Assembly: GCA_027448785.1 (NCBI GenBank)
Contig: DAIDMW010000001.1
Span: 1,668-65,667 of the forward strand
Direction: 5' to 3'
Length of the DNA: 64,000 nt
Origin: Candidatus Colwellbacteria bacterium
GTDB taxonomy: Bacteria > Patescibacteriota > Minisyncoccia > UBA6257 > Colwellbacteraceae
Shown here: piece after piece, positions 18,008 to 26,510 of the stretch
Position numbering within the stretch: position 1 is the first letter of the stretch
Layout of the letters: each line of letters begins with the position of its first letter
Position numbers and translations under genes: made by a program
Notes under the pieces: generated by a model
Database searches by the model: none
Seen by the model: only the letters and a program-made list of their open reading frames with translations
Told to the model about the DNA's origin: nothing

Positions 18008-18403
18008 ATGCCCATTAAGAAGGTTTTGCTTGTGGAAGATGATCCATTCCTGTCTCAGCTCCTGGGAACTCGTTTGCAGCGAGCCGGTTTGGAGGTGGAT
18101 AAGGCTATGGACGGGGAGGAGGCGATGAACTACCTCAAGAACAACAAGCCCGACCTAGTTCTTTTGGACCTCATTCTTCCGAAGAAATCCGGCTTCCAGG
18201 TATTGGAAGAAATGCGCGCTGACCCCCTGGTGAAGGATGCGCCGGTGATCATTATTTCCAATCTTTCGCAGGATTCGGATGTCGCCAAAGGTAAGGAGCT
18301 GGGCGCCGTCGAGTATTACGTTAAAGCTCGAACCTCGATCGACGACTTGGTTTCGCGCATTGTTTCCCTGCTTTTGGACGGATTGAATAAAAGAGCCGTC
18401 TGA
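18008..18403 (+). CDS. single-domain response regulator (CheY-like receiver; PilH/PilG-like by context)
   Basis: VLLVEDDPFLSQLL...DLVLLDLILPKKSGF receiver motifs, 131 aa with no output domain. Sits at the head of the pilus locus. Confidence 0.75.
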   Translation: MPIKKVLLVEDDPFLSQLLGTRLQRAGLEVDKAMDGEEAMNYLKNNKPDLVLLDLILPKKSGFQVLEEMRADPLVKDAPVIIISNLSQDSDVAKGKELGAVEYYVKARTSIDDLVSRIVSLLLDGLNKRAV

Positions 18404-18474
18404 TTTACGATTAAAGCGTAAAAGGATCCGCCGGATCCGCAGTGTCGCTTACTTTAAAAAAAGAATAAAAAGAC

Positions 18475-19032
18475 GTGAGTAGAGGATTTACGTTGATCGA
18501 GTTGTTGATAGTTATCGCTATCATCGGGATTCTTTCCGCGGCTGTGCTCCTGACCATTAATCCGGGGCAGCTTTTGGCGCAAGCAAGAGACTCGCGCCGC
18601 GTTGACGATCTCGCCAACTTGAATTCGGCCGTCAAGCTGTACTTAGCCGATTTCGCCACCACGACCTGGTCGGCGGCTTACAATTGTACCTCCGGCACCA
18701 CCGCTCCCGGAACGTCGACCGTCGGCGGATGCGCACAGAACCAAACGAAGACGACGGCTGGCGCCGGCTGGGTGCCGATCAATTTCGGGTTAATGACGAT
18801 CAATTCTCCGATCTCCGCGCTGCCGATCGATCCCAGTAACGGCGTTTCTTCCTGCGGCGGAGGCGAGCCGCCGAACGTCTGTTTGTACGCTTACCACTCC
18901 TCTTCGACGATCGGCTTGTACAAGCTCTACGCCAAAATGGAAAGTTCGCGCTACCAGAACAACCAGTCGGTCGGTGACGGTGGATTATACAACGCCTGGT
19001 ACGAGGTTGGCTCTAACTTATCCACACTTTAA
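18475..19032 (+). CDS. type IV pilin (class III signal, MSRG|FTLIELLIVIAIIGIL)
   Basis: Prepilin leader ending in G followed by FTLIE and a hydrophobic helix. GTG start. Confidence 0.8.
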   Translation: MSRGFTLIELLIVIAIIGILSAAVLLTINPGQLLAQARDSRRVDDLANLNSAVKLYLADFATTTWSAAYNCTSGTTAPGTSTVGGCAQNQTKTTAGAGWVPINFGLMTINSPISALPIDPSNGVSSCGGGEPPNVCLYAYHSSSTIGLYKLYAKMESSRYQNNQSVGDGGLYNAWYEVGSNLSTL

Positions 19033-19111
19033 TCTTGGCATAATTATCGGTGTTGCGGTAAAATAACGACAACTCAAAGGACGAGAGTCAAAGGTCAAAA
19101 AATACTCAACA

Positions 19112-19663
19112 ATGCCAAGCAATAAAGGATTTACTTTAATCGAGCTTCTGATCGTCATCGCCATCATCGGAATCCTGGCCGCGGCTGTGGTGTTAGTTCT
19201 TAACCCGGGACAGATTTTCGCCCAGGCTCGGGACTCCCAGCGCATCCAGGATATGTCGACGCTGAATAGCGCCATCAGCCAATGGCTGGCCGACGTCTCG
19301 ACGACCACCTGGAGCGCAGTATGGAACTGCACTTCCGGCACGGTTGCTCCGGGAACCGGAACCTGCACGACGGTAACCTCGCGCGCGGTCGACGGTACCG
19401 GCTGGGTGCCGATCAACTTCAACGCGGTTTCCAGCGGTTCGCCGCTCTCGGTTTTGCCGATGGATCCGTCGAATGGCAGTACTTGCACCAGCGGGCAAAC
19501 CCCAAACATCTGCATGTACTCCTACCACTCCAGCTCAACCTTCGGCCAATATAAGCTTTATGCCAACCTGGAGAGCTCCAAGTACCAGACCACTTACGGA
19601 GCCAACGACGGCGGCACGCTTTCCGGCTGGTACGAGGTCGGAACCAACTTAAGCGGACTCTAA
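19112..19663 (+). CDS. type IV pilin, tandem paralog (MPSNKG|FTLIELLIVIAIIGIL)
   Basis: Same N-terminal signature and shared internal blocks (TTWSA..NCTSGT..GWVPINF..LP.DPSNG) with the upstream pilin. Confidence 0.8.
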   Translation: MPSNKGFTLIELLIVIAIIGILAAAVVLVLNPGQIFAQARDSQRIQDMSTLNSAISQWLADVSTTTWSAVWNCTSGTVAPGTGTCTTVTSRAVDGTGWVPINFNAVSSGSPLSVLPMDPSNGSTCTSGQTPNICMYSYHSSSTFGQYKLYANLESSKYQTTYGANDGGTLSGWYEVGTNLSGL

Positions 19664-19684
19664 TAATCTTTGGAGCCTCGACCG

Positions 19685-19710
19685 AAAACTCCCCTAAGCG
19701 GGGAGTTTTT
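19685..19710 (+). terminator. rho-independent terminator after pilin genes
   Basis: aaaactcccc-taagc-ggggagttttt: 10-bp GC-containing stem followed by a T tract. Confidence 0.7.
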
Positions 19711-19724
19711 GATTAGAAGAGAAA

Positions 19725-19830
19725 AAAGCGTAAAGCGAAAAGCTTAAAGCGCAAAACTAAAAGCGCAAAATTTAAAAGAACCGGCGACTAACGGCCACTC
19801 GATGTTTTTCACTTTTAGCTTTGAGCTTCT
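19725..19830. repeat. intergenic repeat element E8
   Basis: aaaagcgtaaagcgaaaagcttaaagcgcaaaactaaaagcgcaaaat...ccggcgactaacggcc...ttttcacttttagctttgagc. Its right arm supplies the annotated ATG of the next ORF. Confidence 0.75.
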
Positions 19831-20476
19831 TTTTACTTCGCCGACCGCATTATTTGGTATATTATTGGTTATGATGTTGATCGATGCATTTGTTTTGACG
19901 CGTTTCCACTTTCTAGCGCTTCTGACCCTGATTTTTTTAGGAGTTTTTACCGCCCAGGTTCTTTATCGTTGCGGAAAAATAAAAAATACTAAAATCTTCC
20001 GCGCTTTTTTCTGGTTTTCACTAATCTTCCCCTTCCTTTACTACATTTACCTGACTATCGCCCAGTACTTTATGTGGAAAACCGAGGGTGGCTTAGGCAA
20101 GTTTTTACTGCCGCCGTATGTCGGTGCAAGTTATGTCATCGGCTACCACTTCATACGCTTTTACCTTTACTACCTCATCTCTGCGGCGGTCGGAACCTTG
20201 TTCCTGCTAGCCGCGGTCTATCTGAACAAAAAGTTCGGCCGGCGCTTTTTCGAGGATGAGGAGCCGTATCTCGGGGCCGGCGCCATATCTTTGGTCGGCT
20301 ACCCAGGATTTTTCTTCTACCTTGTTGCACTGTTTTCCAGTCAGTTGGTTTTAACCGCCGGGCGATATCTGCTTACCAGAAAAAGCGAGCGCGTTCCGTT
20401 TTATTACTTATGGTTGCCGGCCGGCGTATTTGTTATACTACTCATATATCATTACCGTTTGTTTTATTTTAGCTGA
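19802..20476 (+). CDS. polytopic membrane protein, possible short A24 prepilin peptidase (PilD-like)
   Basis: Multi-TM protein between the pilins and pilB. LIDAFV and GAGAISLVGY are loosely reminiscent of PilD Asp-containing motifs. The true start may be the MML.. Met near 19872, since the first 10 codons are repeat-derived. Confidence 0.3.
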   Translation: MFFTFSFELLFTSPTALFGILLVMMLIDAFVLTRFHFLALLTLIFLGVFTAQVLYRCGKIKNTKIFRAFFWFSLIFPFLYYIYLTIAQYFMWKTEGGLGKFLLPPYVGASYVIGYHFIRFYLYYLISAAVGTLFLLAAVYLNKKFGRRFFEDEEPYLGAGAISLVGYPGFFFYLVALFSSQLVLTAGRYLLTRKSERVPFYYLWLPAGVFVILLIYHYRLFYFS

Positions 20477-22185
20477 TGCTAAGAGTCCCCGAGGACAAGA
20501 TTAAAGAACTAGTGGTCGGCGAGGGTTTGATTACTCCCGCTGATTTCGACACCCTGCTAGCCGAGGCCAAGCGCTTGGGTCAGAGCATCGAGGATGCGCT
20601 CATCTCCCGCAATATCATCACCGAAAGCTACCTGAACAACTTCCTTTCCAAATATTTCAATATTCCTTTAGCCAACCTGACCGCCGAAAACATCAACCGC
20701 GACGTTTTAAAACTGTTGCCGGAAAGCGTCGCGCGCGAAAAACGCGTTGTCCTTTTCAACCAAGAAACTGACGGCACGCTGGACGCCGCTTTCGAGGATC
20801 CGAGCGACTTAGTAACACTGGAGTATCTGACGAGTTATCTGAAAGCGAAAATCCGGCCTTTTCTGGCTACTACCGACGATTTGAACAAAGGTTTCTCTCT
20901 TTACGGGTCGGCGGCCGCGGAAAACTATATTAAGCTGATCGAGGAAAATGTGCGCGCCTCCCTTTTGAGTAGAAGCCATGGAGAGGAGGCGGCCGGCGAG
21001 GTGCCGATAGTGGCCATCGTCGACAACATCCTTTCATACGGCTTGTCGCTGCGCGCCTCCGACATACACCTGGAAGTTCTGGAGGCCGAGGTCCTCGTCC
21101 GGTACCGCATCGACGGCATCCTGCACGAGATGTTCAAGGTGCCGAAGGAGGTTTTTCCGGCGATCGTCGCCCGCATCAAGCTCTTGGGCAGCCTAAAGAT
21201 CGACGAACACTACAAACCGCAGGACGGAAGGTTCCGCTACAAGATCGGCGAGGATGTAGTTGATGTCAGAATCTCGATTATTCCGACCTTCTACGGTGAG
21301 AAGATCGAGATGAGGTTGTTGCCGGCGACGACTAGGCCTCTTTCCTTTGCCGAACTTGGGATGATGGAGGATACCGCTAATCTCTTGACCGAGAATATCA
21401 AAAAAAGCTACGGCATGGTTCTGGTTTGCGGTCCGACCGGCTCCGGCAAGACCACGACCCTGTATTCGGTTATTAACGTTTTAAATCACCCCGAGGTGAA
21501 CATCGTCACCATCGAGGATCCGATCGAGTACAATATTAAATACATAAACCAAATTCAGGTCAACACCGCGGCCGGAATAACTTTCGCCGATGGGCTGCGC
21601 TCAATTCTGCGCCAAGACCCGAACATCATTATGGTCGGTGAGATGCGCGACGAGGAGACGGCGAGCATCGGCGTGCAGTCGGCTTTGACCGGACACTTGG
21701 TCTTGAGCTCGCTGCACACCAGCGACGCCCCGACCGCCGTTCCGCGGTTGATGGACATGAACGTCGAGCCTTATTTGGTGGCCGCGGTTTTGAACGCCGT
21801 TCTCGCCCAGCGTCTGGTCCGGAAAATCCATCTGGGCTGCATCGAGTCTTACGAACCGAGCGATCAGGAGATTAAAGCGATCCAGAGCCAAATCAAAGAG
21901 GCCGGGCTCGATCCGGAAAAATACCCGATTCCAAAACAGCTGTACCGCGGCAAGGGATGCGCCGCCGACGGTTTTACCGGATACTCCGGCAGAGTCGGCA
22001 TTTTTGAGCTGCTAAGCGTTTCAGAAAAAGTCCGCGAGCTTATCGTCAGTCCCAACTTCACTTTCGATAACCTGCGCGCACTGGCGAAACAGGAGGGAAT
22101 GGTCTCGATGTTCGAAGACGGACTGCGCAAGGCCGAGCTCGGCGTAACCACCATCGACGAGGTCCTGCGGGTGATCGGAGAATAA
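20476..22185 (+). CDS. pilB: type IV pilus assembly ATPase PilB/GspE family
   Basis: N-terminal GspII_E-like domain, Walker A VCGPTGSGKTTTLYSVIN, Asp/His boxes, and a tetracysteine-like C-terminal region. Confidence 0.85.
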   Translation: MLRVPEDKIKELVVGEGLITPADFDTLLAEAKRLGQSIEDALISRNIITESYLNNFLSKYFNIPLANLTAENINRDVLKLLPESVAREKRVVLFNQETDGTLDAAFEDPSDLVTLEYLTSYLKAKIRPFLATTDDLNKGFSLYGSAAAENYIKLIEENVRASLLSRSHGEEAAGEVPIVAIVDNILSYGLSLRASDIHLEVLEAEVLVRYRIDGILHEMFKVPKEVFPAIVARIKLLGSLKIDEHYKPQDGRFRYKIGEDVVDVRISIIPTFYGEKIEMRLLPATTRPLSFAELGMMEDTANLLTENIKKSYGMVLVCGPTGSGKTTTLYSVINVLNHPEVNIVTIEDPIEYNIKYINQIQVNTAAGITFADGLRSILRQDPNIIMVGEMRDEETASIGVQSALTGHLVLSSLHTSDAPTAVPRLMDMNVEPYLVAAVLNAVLAQRLVRKIHLGCIESYEPSDQEIKAIQSQIKEAGLDPEKYPIPKQLYRGKGCAADGFTGYSGRVGIFELLSVSEKVRELIVSPNFTFDNLRALAKQEGMVSMFEDGLRKAELGVTTIDEVLRVIGE

Positions 22186-22302
22186 AGTGCAAAACTTAAA
22201 GCGCAAAGTGTAAGGCGAAAGGCGCAAAATAACGGCGGGTCGCTAGTCGTCGGATCTTTTAAAGTTTGCGCCTTTAGTTTTGCGCTTTTATCTTTTCGCT
22301 TT
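22186..22302. repeat. intergenic repeat element E9
   Basis: agtgcaaaacttaaagcgcaaag...gtcgctagtcgtcggatc...gtttgcgcctttagttttgcgcttttatcttttcgc. Confidence 0.75.
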
Positions 22303-22373
22303 AAAATAAAAAGCAGAAGCCACTTAGGTTTTTCCAAAAACGTTATAAAAGGAAGGAAATTTTATTCAAACCA

Positions 22374-23585
22374 ATGCGTTTTCGCTATGTAGCATCCGAT
22401 CCCAACGGCAGGTTGATGGAAGGGTACGTCGAAGCCAAGAGCCCGGCGGAGGTTCTGGAGTGGATGGGCGGGCAAAACTGGAAGCCGATATCGCTCAAGG
22501 CGATCCGCCAGACCGAGACCCAGAAGTTTTTCGGCGGATTGCAGCAAGGAGGGATTACCATCGCCGACCAGGTTTTCCTCACTAAATATCTGGCGCTGAT
22601 GCTTAAAGTCGGCACAGACCTTTTTAAAGCTATCGACATTCTGGTGGAAGACTTTGACAAGCCGGCGGTCAAGTCGTTTCTTATGGAAGTGCGCGACGCC
22701 CTAAGTAAAGGGCAGCCGTTTTATACCTCTTTTTCGCGCTATCCCAAGTACTTTTCTCCAGTTTTCATCAATATGGTCAAGGCGGGGGAGAGCTCCGGCA
22801 ACCTGGAAAAAGTCTTCGGAGACCTGAGTGCCTCGCTGCAAAAGCAGCAGGAGATACGCGACAAGATCCGGGCGGCGCTGATCTATCCTGTCATATTGTT
22901 GATCATGGCTTCGGTCATCCTACTGGTTATGGTGACCTTCATCCTGCCGAGAATCGCCAGCACTTTCTTGAGCTCGGGAATCAACCCGCCGATCTTCACC
23001 AAAATCGTTTTCGGCGTTGGTCTGTTTATCGGCGGAAACATCGCGATTATCCTGCCTTTGATTATCGCGGCGGCCGTCGGTTTGTGGATTTTTTTTCGTA
23101 CCGCGGGCGGCAAAAAGTTCCTCAGTCAAACGCTTTCCCGCACTCCTGTTGTCAAAGACGTCGTGGCGAAAATGGCTCTGCAACGCTTTTCCGCGACTTT
23201 TGCTTCTCTACTGCGCTCCGGCCTGCCCATCCTTGACGCTTTGGAAATAACCGCCGGCGCCTCCGGCTCCACCGAGATGGAGGCGGCCTTGGACCGCATC
23301 GCCAGGGAGGGGGTGGCCAAGGGGCTAACGATCGGCGATTCCTTCCGCCGCGAGACCGTTTTCCCGAGAGTGGTGGTCAACTTGATAACCATCTCGGAAA
23401 AAGCAGGACACATGGAAAATATCCTGGACACGCTCTCCGACTTCTACGCCGCCGAGATCGACTCCTCCATCAAGATTCTAATGTCCTTCTTGGAGCCGGC
23501 ACTTCTGCTGATAATGGGTATCATGGTCGGCGGAATCGCCTTGTCGATCATCGTTCCGATCTACCAGCTAACCGCCCAATATTAA
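22374..23585 (+). CDS. pilC: type IV pilus platform protein PilC/GspF family
   Basis: Two GspF repeats, three TM segments, ~400 aa, directly downstream of pilB. Confidence 0.85.
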   Translation: MRFRYVASDPNGRLMEGYVEAKSPAEVLEWMGGQNWKPISLKAIRQTETQKFFGGLQQGGITIADQVFLTKYLALMLKVGTDLFKAIDILVEDFDKPAVKSFLMEVRDALSKGQPFYTSFSRYPKYFSPVFINMVKAGESSGNLEKVFGDLSASLQKQQEIRDKIRAALIYPVILLIMASVILLVMVTFILPRIASTFLSSGINPPIFTKIVFGVGLFIGGNIAIILPLIIAAAVGLWIFFRTAGGKKFLSQTLSRTPVVKDVVAKMALQRFSATFASLLRSGLPILDALEITAGASGSTEMEAALDRIAREGVAKGLTIGDSFRRETVFPRVVVNLITISEKAGHMENILDTLSDFYAAEIDSSIKILMSFLEPALLLIMGIMVGGIALSIIVPIYQLTAQY

Positions 23586-23588
23586 AAA

Positions 23589-24077
23589 ATGATAAGCAAT
23601 AAGGGTTTTACTCTAATCGAGCTGCTGATAGTCATGTCGATCATGGCGATAATCGCCGTCGTCACCCTGCCTAACTTCTTCAGCTCCCGTTACCGCTACT
23701 CTTTAAATAAGGACGCCGAGGGCTTGGCCTACGGCATCCGCGCCGCCATTTCCAATTCACAGACGCAGCTGAACGCCAGCCGCTGGGGCATTCGCCTGAG
23801 CAACAACACCTCGACCGGCGGCTACTATTACCAGCTGTGGTACGGCACCTCGACCTACGCTTACGGCACACCGTCGACTCTGACGCCGCTAGACCAAGGT
23901 ATTAGTTTTTCCGGTATTGCGCTTGGCTCGGCTGTGGATATCTGCTTCGCTCAAATCAGCGGCCTGCCGGTGGACTGTTCGACCGGCCTCGGCACCTCGA
24001 CGGCGATTACTTTAAGCGCCATCGGCGGCCAGCAAACAACGGTGACGCTGAATGCCAACGGGACGGTCAACTACTAA
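23589..24077 (+). CDS. type IV pilin-like protein (MISNKG|FTLIELLIVMSIMAII)
   Basis: Class III signal peptide and N-terminal helix. Ser/Thr/Gly-rich globular part. Confidence 0.7.
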   Translation: MISNKGFTLIELLIVMSIMAIIAVVTLPNFFSSRYRYSLNKDAEGLAYGIRAAISNSQTQLNASRWGIRLSNNTSTGGYYYQLWYGTSTYAYGTPSTLTPLDQGISFSGIALGSAVDICFAQISGLPVDCSTGLGTSTAITLSAIGGQQTTVTLNANGTVNY

Positions 24078-24370
24078 AAGCGCAAAGCTAAAAGCTAAAA
24101 GCAGCGGCAAAGCGAGCGCAAAGCGAAAAACGCAAAGCGCAAAACACCGACCAGTAATTAACTAAATTCGAAGCACTAAATCCTAAACAAATTCCAAATT
24201 ACAAACTTTAAATTCCAAACCCGTTTGTGTTTGTGATTTCGGATTTGTTATTTCTGATTTGTTTCGGATTTAGGATTTCGTGCTTGGAATTTGAAAAAAA
24301 GCGCAAAGGCAAAAGAACGATTCCAACGAACTGCGTTATTGTTTTTCGCTTTTAGCTTTTAGTTTTGCAC
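24078..24370. repeat. composite palindromic intergenic repeat element E10
   Basis: aaaagcgcaaagctaaaagctaaaagc...gcgcaaagcgaaaaacgcaaagcgcaaaac + AT-rich hairpin (caaacccgtttgtg centre) + ttttcgcttttagcttttagttttgcac. Confidence 0.8.
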
Positions 24371-24409
24371 TTATTTATCAACTGTTCTCCGTTTCATCTT
24401 TATTTTATA

Positions 24410-25087
24410 ATGAAGAGAATGATCAAAGATCCGCGGAGCGGACAATCGTTGGCCGAGATACTCGTGGCCACTACCGTCGGCGCCATCATCATCGGAGCTG
24501 TTGTTTCCGCTATCGTCATCACCATGCGCAGCGACGCCCAGAACCGCCTGGCGAGCACCGCCACTTCCTTGGCTAATGGACTTCTGGATAACGTCCAGTC
24601 TTTGGCCGACGGCGACTGGTCGGCAATCTATAACTTGCCGACCAAAGGACCGACTTCGCAGTACTATCTGGTTACGACCGGAACGCCGCCGACACTTTCG
24701 GTTTCGACCGGGACCGACGCGACTGTGAAAAACGGAGTAACTTTCACCCGCTACTTCTCGGTGCAGGATGTTAACCGCACCAACTGCGGCACCGGCACCA
24801 TCACAACCAGTTCGCCGACTTCCTGTTCCGGCGGCGTCGGCATTCTGCAGGATCCTTCAACCGAGCTGGTGACAGCTTACGTTTCGTGGACCAATGTCGG
24901 CGGAGCCAGCAGTACCGTCTCGGTACCGACCTACCTGGCTCATTCCAAGGATCGAGTTACGCAGTATAATGACTGGAGCGGCTCGGCTAACGTTCAGGGT
25001 CCCGTAACTTCTCCGCAGCCGGATTACGCCTCTTCGAGCAATATTTCCACCTCGACCAGCGGCGCAATCGAATTGCTTAAATACTAA
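24410..25087 (+). CDS. minor pilin/pseudopilin-like protein (prepilin-type N-terminus GQSLAEILVATTVGAIIIGAVV)
   Basis: Variant class III signal (RSGQSLAEILVA) and hydrophobic helix. Start moved from the repeat-derived 24365 to ATG 24410. Confidence 0.5.
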   Translation: MKRMIKDPRSGQSLAEILVATTVGAIIIGAVVSAIVITMRSDAQNRLASTATSLANGLLDNVQSLADGDWSAIYNLPTKGPTSQYYLVTTGTPPTLSVSTGTDATVKNGVTFTRYFSVQDVNRTNCGTGTITTSSPTSCSGGVGILQDPSTELVTAYVSWTNVGGASSTVSVPTYLAHSKDRVTQYNDWSGSANVQGPVTSPQPDYASSSNISTSTSGAIELLKY

Positions 25088-25091
25088 ACCC

Positions 25092-26045
25092 ATGAGGCAA
25101 ACTTTTCGTTTATTTAAAACTACGAAAACCAAGACTTTGTTGTTTTTCACGATTTTCGGGGCCGCCTACCTTCTCCTGCCCCACGCCGCGCTAGCTTCGA
25201 CCAATATCGATTCCGTAAACCACTGGGCCTGGAACGACAATATCGGCTGGGTTGATTTTTACTCGACCGGAAACGTAACGGTAAACTCCACCGGCATCAG
25301 CGGCTATGCCAGCTCATCGATGGGCTACGTGGCATTGGATTGCAATACCTCGCCTAACGGCAATATTTGCGGAACCAGCAACTTTCAGGTGACCAACGAC
25401 GGAAACGGCAATCTGGCCGGGTGGGCCTGGAACGACAATATCGGCTGGATTAGTTTCTGCGGAAACGCGAGTGGCGGATCTACTTGGAACGGCTCGACCT
25501 GGGTTTGTCCTTCGAGTCCAACCTATGAAGTGACGATCGATTCCACCGGCAATTTCCAGGGCTGGGCCTGGAACGACAATGTCGGATGGTTCAGCTTCAA
25601 CTGCGCAAACACCAATACTTGCGGCACGGTCAGCTACGGCGTAAGCACCGTCTGGTCGGCGCAGGCTTCGGGCTGGCTGGAATCCTCGACCTTCGATACC
25701 GGGTCGAACGGTACGACATACAACTCCATTATGTGGAACGGAACCCAGCCTACGGGAACCAGCGTTAAGTTCCAGCTGGCGACCGCCTCATCCTCGTCTG
25801 CCAGTTGGGGAGCGACCTGCGCCAGCAACGCCTGTAACAGCTCGACTTGCGACGGAGCGTTCATCGGCCCGGACGGAACCTCCAACTCCTATTACACGCC
25901 GGCCGGGCCGGGGATACCGGTTCCGATAACCGCCTGCTACGCCAACGGCAAGCGCTATTTCCGCTACATTGTTTACCTTGAAAAGGGAGCGAACGCGACC
26001 ACCACTCCGGCGGTAAACGGGGTCGTTGTGAACTGGAGTCCATAA
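25092..26045 (+). CDS. secreted repeat protein with three ~60-aa GWAWNDN(I/V)GW(I/V/F)(D/S)F repeats
   Basis: Signal peptide (LLPHAALAST), then the WAWNDNIGW motif three times at regular spacing, then a Cys-containing S/T/G-rich C-terminal region. Embedded in the pilus locus. Confidence 0.5.
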   Translation: MRQTFRLFKTTKTKTLLFFTIFGAAYLLLPHAALASTNIDSVNHWAWNDNIGWVDFYSTGNVTVNSTGISGYASSSMGYVALDCNTSPNGNICGTSNFQVTNDGNGNLAGWAWNDNIGWISFCGNASGGSTWNGSTWVCPSSPTYEVTIDSTGNFQGWAWNDNVGWFSFNCANTNTCGTVSYGVSTVWSAQASGWLESSTFDTGSNGTTYNSIMWNGTQPTGTSVKFQLATASSSSASWGATCASNACNSSTCDGAFIGPDGTSNSYYTPAGPGIPVPITACYANGKRYFRYIVYLEKGANATTTPAVNGVVVNWSP

Positions 26046-26049
26046 GCGT

Positions 26050-26502
26050 ATGAGCGGCTTTCCTTCTAAAAAATTCCGCCGCTTCTTTCCGAATCTTCGG
26101 TCTGATTCCGGGCAAGCCAGCTTGCCGGTAATACTTCTTATTTCGGGAATATTGGTGGTCATCGCGGTGGTCGGCTCGATCATCGCCGTGGCTTTGAATA
26201 ACACCATCTTGGGAGCGCGCCTTGGCGGAAAGGCGTTGGCAGCGGCTGAAACCGGCGCCAACGACGCAATAACTCAGGTCCAGCGAGGCTGCATCCTTTC
26301 TAATACCTGCCCGAGCAGTTATACTTTAAATATCGATTACCAAACGACGGCGCAAATTACGATTACCAATAACAGCGGCATCGTAACGATCGATTCCATC
26401 GGCAATTCCGGAGGGAGGCAGAGCGAAATACAAGCTGTCCTCGGAGTCGACACCGCTACCGGATTGGTAAACATTCGTTCATTCGGCCAGGTGCCGCTTT
26501 AG
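26050..26502 (+). CDS. minor pilin-like protein (DSGQASLPVILLISGILVVIAVVG)
   Basis: Prepilin-like N-terminal helix with a non-canonical cleavage motif, 150 aa. Confidence 0.4.
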   Translation: MSGFPSKKFRRFFPNLRSDSGQASLPVILLISGILVVIAVVGSIIAVALNNTILGARLGGKALAAAETGANDAITQVQRGCILSNTCPSSYTLNIDYQTTAQITITNNSGIVTIDSIGNSGGRQSEIQAVLGVDTATGLVNIRSFGQVPL

Positions 26503-26510
26503 TTAGATTA

